Source of the DNA: an uncultured Candidatus Saccharibacteria bacterium
GTDB lineage: Bacteria; Patescibacteriota; Minisyncoccia; Phycocordibacterales; UBA9973
Length of the DNA: 64,000 nucleotides
NCBI GenBank assembly: GCA_964646765.1
Contig: CAZYIA010000001.1
Coordinates: 341,621 to 405,620, forward strand
Direction: 5' to 3'
Shown: positions 57,229-64,000 of the stretch, piece by piece
How the letters are laid out: the number at the start of each line of letters is the position of its first letter
Position numbering within the stretch: position 1 is the stretch's first letter
The notes under the pieces: generated by a model
Seen by the model: only the letters and a program-made list of their open reading frames with translations
Databases searched by the model: none
Told to the model about the DNA's origin: nothing
Made by a program: the position numbers and the translations under genes

Positions 57229-59538
57229 ATGGCGGTACAAAAAATATATAAAGTGAGTGGTATGCACTGTGCAAGCTGTGTCGCCCTCATTGAGGATAAG
57301 GTAAAGAAAGTACCAGGAGTGACGGCAGCTTCGGTAGCACTTACCAATGAAAAGGCAAAAATTGAATTCTCTGGTAGCGAACTGCCACTTGAAACATTGA
57401 ATAATGCCATCTCCCCGTTTGGCTATACGTTTGAAGATACAACAAAGGAAAATATGGATCACGGGCACGATCACGGCAGTATGTCAGAAATGAATCACGG
57501 CGAACCAAACAAGGAAGACGGTTTGGCCCTTGAAATGAAATTTGTTATTCCAATGGTTGCCATTTCATTTATCATGATGCTCTGGACTGTGCTTTCAGAC
57601 AACCACATCATTCCTACAATGTCTGAAACGGTATATGAATTTTTTCACCACTTGATGCCGATTTTTGCATCATTCGTACTTTTTGGCATTGGTCGCCGAT
57701 ACATTAAAGCGACGTGGATATTTCTCAAGACAGGTACAGCGAATATGGACGTACTTGTTGGTATCTCTACTATCGTTGCCTTTCTATATTCGTTCATCAT
57801 AACGGCATTCGAAAAAAATCTTGCGCCCTACCTGAACGTTACCTCAAATTTTTATGATGTGGTCATTATCGTAATCGGTCTTATCGCACTCGGCCAATTT
57901 TTTGAAGCGCGAGCAAAACGCAAGACAAATGAGGCACTTAAGCGCCTTGCTGAGCTTTCAAGTAAATCTGCGCTCGTACTTCGAAACGGAAAAGAAGTTG
58001 AAATTCCAATTGAGAAAGTAACAATGGGAGATGTTGTTATCGTTAAACCAAACGAACGTATTCCCGTTGACGGTATCATTGAAACTGGCTCATCAAGTAT
58101 TGATGAATCAAATCTTACTGGTGAATCTATACCCGTAGACAAAACTATCGGTATGCCTGTCTTTGCCGGAACACAAAATTTTCAGGGGCTGTTGCATATT
58201 AAAGTTACCAAAGATACAAAAGATACCGCGCTGGCACACATTATTTCTATCGTTGAAGAAGCGCAGAACTCCAAAGCGCCTATTGAGCGCACAGCTGATA
58301 AAATCTCCAGCTACTTTGTCTATATTGTTCTTATTCTCGCTGTCGTTACTTTCGCTACATGGATGATCTTTGGTCCGGCAACACTCGGTCTTTCTAAATC
58401 ATTTGCCTTTGCTCTTTCAACAATGATGGCAGTACTCGTTATCGCCTGCCCTTGTTCATTAGGGCTCGCCACTCCGACAGCTATTATCACTGGCGTTGGT
58501 ACTGGTGCCCGCCGTGGCATCCTCATAAAAAATGCCGAGAGCCTCGAGAAACTTGCAAGTGTGCAAGCATTGGTTTTCGACAAGACTGGCACGCTTACTG
58601 AGAACAAGCTTTCGATCGAAGGTATCTTTTGTAAAGACACCGACCACGTGTGCGATGACGAACATAAAGCATTCAAACAGTCTCTCATTTACGCAATGAC
58701 AAAGGCATCGAAGCATCCAATCTCCGCGAGCATCGCACAGTGGCTTACTGATATAAAAGTAAAAGAAGTATCAGTTTCTGCAATTTCGGAGTTGGCAGGT
58801 AAAGGTCTGGTGGGAACTCATGAGGGCACACAATATTATCTTGGTTCAATTACCTACGCAGCAGAGGTAATAAAACGTTCTGAAGAAACTATTCGTAAGG
58901 ATTTTCACAATGAACGTTTTGCAAGTGGCCGAGAGCTCTACTTATTTTCTGAGAAAGAAATTCTCTCGCTGGTAAAAGTGCACGACACCCTAAAGACTGA
59001 AGCGCGAGAAGAGATCGAAAAACTCAAACATCTCGGGCTCACCGTTATCATGGCAACCGGTGATCACCAAAAGACAGCCGAGGTTGTGGCGAAAGGTCTT
59101 GGTATTGATAAAGTATTTGCCAATGTACAGCCTGAAGACAAACTCAATATTGTTAAAGATTTACAAAAGAAAGGCCTCAAGGTTGCTATGATTGGTGACG
59201 GAGTTAACGACTCTCCAGCACTTGCACAAGCAGATGTAGCGATTTCAATGAGTGATGGTTCTGATATTGCTATTGAAAGTTCTGATATTGTCCTTCTTCA
59301 AGGTGATATTGCTAAAGTAGCTGAAGCAGTTACTCTTGCAAAGAAAACAAATCGTATCATTTGGCAAAATCTTATTTGGTCATTTGGATATAATTCTCTT
59401 GGAATTCCAATTGCTGCAGGTATTCTCTACCCTTTCTTTGGATTTCTACTTAATCCCGCTATTGCTGGATCAATCATGGCATTTGAAAGTGTGACAGTTG
59501 TTATGAACTCACTGCGTTTAAAAAAAACAACATTGTAA
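57229..59538 (+). CDS. copA: Copper-translocating P1B-type ATPase
   Basis: HMA domain GMHCASCV, transmembrane CPC, DKTGTLT and GDGVNDSPAL. Confidence 0.9.
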   Translation: MAVQKIYKVSGMHCASCVALIEDKVKKVPGVTAASVALTNEKAKIEFSGSELPLETLNNAISPFGYTFEDTTKENMDHGHDHGSMSEMNHGEPNKEDGLALEMKFVIPMVAISFIMMLWTVLSDNHIIPTMSETVYEFFHHLMPIFASFVLFGIGRRYIKATWIFLKTGTANMDVLVGISTIVAFLYSFIITAFEKNLAPYLNVTSNFYDVVIIVIGLIALGQFFEARAKRKTNEALKRLAELSSKSALVLRNGKEVEIPIEKVTMGDVVIVKPNERIPVDGIIETGSSSIDESNLTGESIPVDKTIGMPVFAGTQNFQGLLHIKVTKDTKDTALAHIISIVEEAQNSKAPIERTADKISSYFVYIVLILAVVTFATWMIFGPATLGLSKSFAFALSTMMAVLVIACPCSLGLATPTAIITGVGTGARRGILIKNAESLEKLASVQALVFDKTGTLTENKLSIEGIFCKDTDHVCDDEHKAFKQSLIYAMTKASKHPISASIAQWLTDIKVKEVSVSAISELAGKGLVGTHEGTQYYLGSITYAAEVIKRSEETIRKDFHNERFASGRELYLFSEKEILSLVKVHDTLKTEAREEIEKLKHLGLTVIMATGDHQKTAEVVAKGLGIDKVFANVQPEDKLNIVKDLQKKGLKVAMIGDGVNDSPALAQADVAISMSDGSDIAIESSDIVLLQGDIAKVAEAVTLAKKTNRIIWQNLIWSFGYNSLGIPIAAGILYPFFGFLLNPAIAGSIMAFESVTVVMNSLRLKKTTL

Positions 59539-59542
59539 ATCT

Positions 59543-60568
59543 ATGAAAAAAACACTCACATTTCATGTTCATGGTATGCACTGCAACTCCTGTGTTCTCC
59601 TAACTGAAAGCAAGATCGGAGATTTGCCGAATGTAAACAAGGCAACGTCGAATTTGAAGAACCATACTATTGAAGTTACGGGAGACTTTGGAGACATGAA
59701 CGAAACTCAGACTGCTGACATGCTTACTGATGTCGTTAAAAGCTATGGCTATACAATTTCCACCGAGAAACTGGTGCAAAATATTACACAATGGTCGGAA
59801 TTTAAAATTGCTGTACCAATCGCGATTGGCTTTGCAATCCTTTTCGTCCTCCTTCAGAAACTCGGCATCGTAAATCTTGTTGGTGGTGGATCAGTAACAT
59901 ATGGCACGGCATTTGTTATCGGTATCATCGCTTCCCTCTCAACATGCATGGCTGTTGTTGGTGGGCTTCTTCTTTCGATGTCTGCAACATTTGCGAAAGA
60001 AGGAGATACAGTCCGTCCACAACTACTCTTCCATGGTGGACGTCTAATTTCGTTCTTTATCTTTGGGGGTATCATCGGTGTACTTGGTTCAGCCTTCACA
60101 TTAAGTACAACCACTACCGTTGTCTTAAGTATCGTTATCGCTTTGGTGATGATTATGCTGGGTATCAATCTTCTCGACGTTTTCCCTTGGGCAAAGCAAT
60201 TGCAACCTGCGATGCCAAAATATATCGCACAACGAGCACACGGTATTTCAAATCTCAATCACACACTGACACCACTTCTCGTCGGTATTGCGACATTCTT
60301 TTTGCCATGCGGATTTACCCAATCAATGCAACTCTACACGCTTACTACCGGAAATTTTCTGCAAGGATCGCTTACGATGTTCTCCTTCGCGCTCGGAACA
60401 CTACCAATCCTTGCTCTCATCTCTTTTAGTTCATTTAGTATTCGAGACAGTAAGTATGCAGGAATATTTTTCAAGAGTGCCGGACTGATCGTTATATTAT
60501 TTGCCTTATTTAATTTTATTAACGCACTGGTGATTATCGGCATCGTTCCACCAGTATTTAACTTCTGA
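59543..60568 (+). CDS. HMA-domain membrane protein with a DsbD/CcdA-like transmembrane region
   Basis: N-terminal GMHCNSCV and a polytopic membrane domain with Cys residues (STCMAVVGG, FLPCGF). Confidence 0.5.
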   Translation: MKKTLTFHVHGMHCNSCVLLTESKIGDLPNVNKATSNLKNHTIEVTGDFGDMNETQTADMLTDVVKSYGYTISTEKLVQNITQWSEFKIAVPIAIGFAILFVLLQKLGIVNLVGGGSVTYGTAFVIGIIASLSTCMAVVGGLLLSMSATFAKEGDTVRPQLLFHGGRLISFFIFGGIIGVLGSAFTLSTTTTVVLSIVIALVMIMLGINLLDVFPWAKQLQPAMPKYIAQRAHGISNLNHTLTPLLVGIATFFLPCGFTQSMQLYTLTTGNFLQGSLTMFSFALGTLPILALISFSSFSIRDSKYAGIFFKSAGLIVILFALFNFINALVIIGIVPPVFNF

Positions 60569-60576
60569 GTATATCT

Positions 60577-60975
60577 ATGAAAATAGCTATCGCGATTCTT
60601 ATAGCAGGTCTACTTATTGCAGGATCAATTGTGCTTACTAAAAATAATTCCATTTCCCAACAACCAAACAAAGTAGCCGAAAATATACCAAACGTCAGTA
60701 TAGTAAACGGAACACAGATTATCGAAATTAGAGCTAAAGGAGGCTACACTCCCCGAATAAGTGTTGCTAGAGCTGGGATTCCAACGACCCTTCGATTTAA
60801 CACTAACGGTACTTTTGATTGCTCTGCTTCCGTGCGTCTTCCAAGCATGGGAATCTCTGAAATACTTCCAAACTCCGGCACAAAGGATATTAGTCTTGGC
60901 AGTCCTAAAGCTGGAACGCTTCAAGGTACTTGTGGAATGGGAATGTATCCATTTGAAATACAATTTCAGAGCTAG
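60577..60975 (+). CDS. Membrane-anchored cupredoxin-like copper-binding protein
   Basis: An N-terminal TM helix and a C-terminal TCGMGMYPFEIQF. A Cys/Met cupredoxin_1-like ligand set is present. Confidence 0.5.
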   Translation: MKIAIAILIAGLLIAGSIVLTKNNSISQQPNKVAENIPNVSIVNGTQIIEIRAKGGYTPRISVARAGIPTTLRFNTNGTFDCSASVRLPSMGISEILPNSGTKDISLGSPKAGTLQGTCGMGMYPFEIQFQS

Positions 60976-61039
60976 AAAACTATACGGTTTGACTTCTCCT
61001 ATCAACAACTGAAAAATCGCCTATGGTATACTTTTAAGT

Positions 61040-61390
61040 GTGAAAAATATACTCATTTATTTCATCACGGGTGGATTATTTACGACCCTTATTGTTACTC
61101 TTGAGCAAAGTGGTCTTCGACTACTATCGGGATTAATGGCTCTCATCCCTGTATTCACTTTGGTTTCATATATTTTTATTGGACAATCACAGGGTGGGTT
61201 GGCAGTAAGTCAACATTCACAATTTGTTCTATGGGGTACAATCGTATCTTGGATACCTTATATGATTGCTGTTGCTTACTTCGCACCAAAAATTGGCGCA
61301 CATAACGCGATTATTGTTGGAATGGTTCTATTCTTTGTTCTCGCAATTACTTTCATTCTCATAACTTCCCACTATCACCTCTTTCAGTAA
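61040..61390 (+). CDS. Small polytopic membrane protein, hypothetical
   Basis: Four predicted TM helices in 116 aa. Confidence 0.35.
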   Translation: MKNILIYFITGGLFTTLIVTLEQSGLRLLSGLMALIPVFTLVSYIFIGQSQGGLAVSQHSQFVLWGTIVSWIPYMIAVAYFAPKIGAHNAIIVGMVLFFVLAITFILITSHYHLFQ

Positions 61391-61425
61391 AAGAATTTTA
61401 GGAGATACTGAAATTCAGAATATAG

Positions 61426-61453
61426 AAAACCACCCGCATTGACGGGTGGTTTT
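61426..61453. terminator. Bidirectional intrinsic terminator
   Basis: AAAACCACCCG-CATTGA-CGGGTGGTTTT. Confidence 0.65.
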
Positions 61454-61476
61454 CTATTATGCACAGAATAGTTTGA

Positions 61477-64000
61477 CTACTTTCCTTTCGCTAGGATGTT
61501 GTTGAAATATTCTCTCGTAACCGGACCAAAGTAACCAATCGCCGGAGAAATATGCACGGAAGCCTGATATTTTGCTAATGCTTTTTTCGTTAATACTCCA
61601 AATCGAGTTGTTTCATTTCCGGGAGAACCGGCACCAGAAACTGCAATGAGAAATCCTTTTCCATTGAGGAATCTTTGCAACTCCCTTACATCTTCACCCG
61701 TCGCCCCAACACTTAAATTTCGAGTAAATACAAAGTTGTCATTTTTTTGTGCTGTAACTCTGAGTGGAGAGGTTAATTGCACGGTTGGTATAAGAAAAAC
61801 TGATCCTGACGAAGTAGGAAGATTGTTAGTGGTTGCATGAACTTCATCAGAAACATCCCCTACACCATTAGTATTAATCGCTGACACGCGATAATTGTAT
61901 TGTGTTCCGGCTGTAAGCCCAGTATCTGAATAGGTTGTTCCTGTTGTTCCTGTGTCTGCGACAAGTGTAGTAAATCCCCCACCTACCGGTGACTCTCGTT
62001 CGATTTTATAACCAGTAATTGCAGACCCGCCATCAGACGTCGGAGCAGTCCAAGAGAGATCGATCTGCGAAGTTGATATTGTTGTAGCGGTAAGCCCGTT
62101 TGGATCACCAGGCGCGGACACAACGGTAATTGTCACTGTTCCAGTATCTGTATCTGTGCCATCCGAAACAGTGTAATCAAATGTTTCTACGCCTAGGAAA
62201 TGCGGAGCTGGAGTATATCCAATATATTGTCCGCCTAAAATAATTTGCGCATCACCGCCATGATTAGGAATACTGACAGCAACAACAGTCAGTGTGTCAT
62301 GATCTGCATCAGTATCATTTGAAAGTACGTCCAAAGAAGATCCACCTCCAGCAGAAGTATTGTGAGTAGACACATCATCAACAGCAACGGGAGCATTGTT
62401 TGCAGGTGGAGTCACTGTAATGCTCGCTGTATCTGTTGCTGATGAAAAAGCTGTCGTGCCACCATTTAAGGCCGTGCTTGCTAGCGCGCCATTCGTTCCA
62501 CTTGTCTGATCCCAGGCCCGAAATGTAACTGAACTCGTTCCAGCAAAGCTTGGATTTGGATAGAAGTAGAGACGATTAACTGGAGAAGTTGTTAAAAGTC
62601 GTGCCGAACTTGATGTGACAGCACCAAGAGGCGACCATGTTGTGCCTCCGTTTGTAGTGTAATACCAAGTACCATTCGTAGTATCCGCATCTGTAATCGC
62701 AACACCTAACTGAGCACTCGAGTCAACATCGATAACGTTATCAAGGCCACCTGCTGGTGGTGTGGAATCCACGATGGTTGCAACTGGAGTTCCTACTACA
62801 CCCACCGGCGCACTCGCGTCGTGCGCTATTGATAATAGAACTGGGGTCTTTGTATTATCTAAAATTGGCGCATCATTGATTGCTGTTATGGTAAGACTCG
62901 CTCCTTCTGTATTTGACGAAAATGCCGTTGAGCCACCGCTTGTTGAGGTGTCTACAGTACTTCCATCTGAACCACTCGTTTGATCCCACGCACGGAAGGT
63001 AAACGCGTCAGTAAATGATCCACTAACGTCAGCTAACCCGCGACAGTACACACGATTATCGGCATCCGCAGTAAGCAACCGCGCTGAAGATGTTGTCGGG
63101 GTACCGAGCGCGTTCCATGAAGTACCACCGTCGAGTGAATAGTAACAACTGAGACTCACATTAGTTCCAACAATCGCTATACCCAATTGAGAACTTGAAT
63201 CAATGTCTGTCACATTGTCTACCTGACCAGAAGGCGCAGCAAAATCGACGATTGCGGAAACAAGGGTACCAACAGCACCAGTAGGAGCTATCGCATCTTC
63301 TGTAATAGTTGAAAGAGATGGGCTCTTGCCTCCATCAAGCACCGGGGCATCGTTGACTGGAAGTACAGTTACATCGGCGGTATCTGAGGCAGTTGAGAAG
63401 GAAAATCCACTACCATTATTGGAGGTGTCAGCAAGATCTCCTTCACCAAACTCGGTTGCATCCCAAGCCCTAAAAGTAAGGGCGACTGTAACTGTCCCGT
63501 TATAGTCAGCGGGTGGCTGACAATAAACTCTACTTTGTGTATCTGCCGTAATTAATCTGGCTGAAGAATCAGAAACAGTGCCAACAGCAGCCCAAGTATC
63601 ACCATTATCAAGAGAATAGTAGCAAGTTAGAGTTGCATCTACTCCAGTTATAGCCATACCAGCAATTGCTCCACCATCAGAATCTGTTACGTTATCAAGT
63701 CCTCCAGGAGGAGAGACAAAATCTACAAGTGATGAAACAAGCGTACCTACTGCTCCACTTGGAGCACCTGAATCTTCGTTGATAGCATTTAGTACTGGCG
63801 TTTTAGTGCTATCCAAAACTGGGGCAGAGTTTCCAGGACTCACTATTATTGAAGCTGTATCTGTTGCTGTTGAAAACGCAGTTGATCCTCCTGAGGTAGA
63901 TGTGTCAACGATACCTCCAACTGTTCCACTTGTTTGATCCCAAGCACGGAAAGTAATGGCATTAGAAACTGTTCCAAAAAATGGAAACGTTGGCTGGAAA
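61477..64000 (-). CDS. Giant cell-surface protein, paralogous to 8375..13141. It has BNR-like/NDAP repeats, an FN3 domain and a C-terminal peptidoglycan-binding domain. The N-terminus lies beyond the window.
   Basis: The repeats [12 protein letters not shown]...[10 protein letters not shown] are shared with the first giant protein. FN3 region: [22 protein letters not shown]-terminal [10 protein letters not shown]...[11 protein letters not shown]. The reading frame is open through to position 64000. Confidence 0.8.
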   Translation of the reverse strand, partial: FQPTFPFFGTVSNAITFRAWDQTSGTVGGIVDTSTSGGSTAFSTATDTASIIVSPGNSAPVLDSTKTPVLNAINEDSGAPSGAVGTLVSSLVDFVSPPGGLDNVTDSDGGAIAGMAITGVDATLTCYYSLDNGDTWAAVGTVSDSSARLITADTQSRVYCQPPADYNGTVTVALTFRAWDATEFGEGDLADTSNNGSGFSFSTASDTADVTVLPVNDAPVLDGGKSPSLSTITEDAIAPTGAVGTLVSAIVDFAAPSGQVDNVTDIDSSSQLGIAIVGTNVSLSCYYSLDGGTSWNALGTPTTSSARLLTADADNRVYCRGLADVSGSFTDAFTFRAWDQTSGSDGSTVDTSTSGGSTAFSSNTEGASLTITAINDAPILDNTKTPVLLSIAHDASAPVGVVGTPVATIVDSTPPAGGLDNVIDVDSSAQLGVAITDADTTNGTWYYTTNGGTTWSPLGAVTSSSARLLTTSPVNRLYFYPNPSFAGTSSVTFRAWDQTSGTNGALASTALNGGTTAFSSATDTASITVTPPANNAPVAVDDVSTHNTSAGGGSSLDVLSNDTDADHDTLTVVAVSIPNHGGDAQIILGGQYIGYTPAPHFLGVETFDYTVSDGTDTDTGTVTITVVSAPGDPNGLTATTISTSQIDLSWTAPTSDGGSAITGYKIERESPVGGGFTTLVADTGTTGTTYSDTGLTAGTQYNYRVSAINTNGVGDVSDEVHATTNNLPTSSGSVFLIPTVQLTSPLRVTAQKNDNFVFTRNLSVGATGEDVRELQRFLNGKGFLIAVSGAGSPGNETTRFGVLTKKALAKYQASVHISPAIGYFGPVTREYFNNILAKGK

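Overview
This 64-kb window has a low-to-moderate GC content of roughly 40%. The gene content suggests a small-genome bacterium of the Candidate Phyla Radiation (Patescibacteria) type, but this is an inference, not a certainty. The supporting features are giant cell-surface proteins with C-terminal peptidoglycan-binding domains, a tandem family of two-transmembrane VirB2/TrbC-like pilin genes, a short IF-2 and a FemAB family protein (pilin and FemAB family assignments are from memory of motifs, not searches). 

The housekeeping backbone contains relA/spoT (partial), parB, miaA, rpmG, clpB, a cysteine desulfurase, infB-rbfA, gyrA, rpsA, pth, lepB, hisS, def-fmt and hpf. It is interrupted by at least ten tRNA genes and by two tRNA-associated mobile regions. 

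Region 1, about 14.5-18.9 kb, sits next to tRNA-Tyr. It holds a large serine recombinase gene flanked by a perfect 145-bp inverted repeat pair. Directly abutting it is a three-gene cassette (P-loop NTPase, S51 peptidase, unknown) flanked by a perfect 198-bp inverted repeat pair with inward-facing terminators. A 15-bp direct repeat of the tRNA-Tyr 3' end marks the far boundary. 

Region 2, about 45.2-56.9 kb, is inserted at tRNA-Asn. It starts with a second, paralogous large serine recombinase whose C-terminus reads antisense through the tRNA T-arm. It carries a Type III restriction-modification system (mod-res), an AT-rich noncoding block with twin palindromes, and a set of uncharacterised genes that include a GHKL-type ATPase with a small partner. 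A csoR-copA-HMA/DsbD-like-cupredoxin copper cluster with a CsoR-type operator palindrome lies just beyond. 

Two paralogous giant adhesin-like genes on the minus strand bracket almost the whole region. A roughly 100-nt element with covariation-supported hairpins occurs twice in the plus orientation. Each copy mimics the T-loop of a neighbouring tRNA, but I could not assign it to a known RNA family. 

All calls rest on motif recognition by eye. No database search was run.
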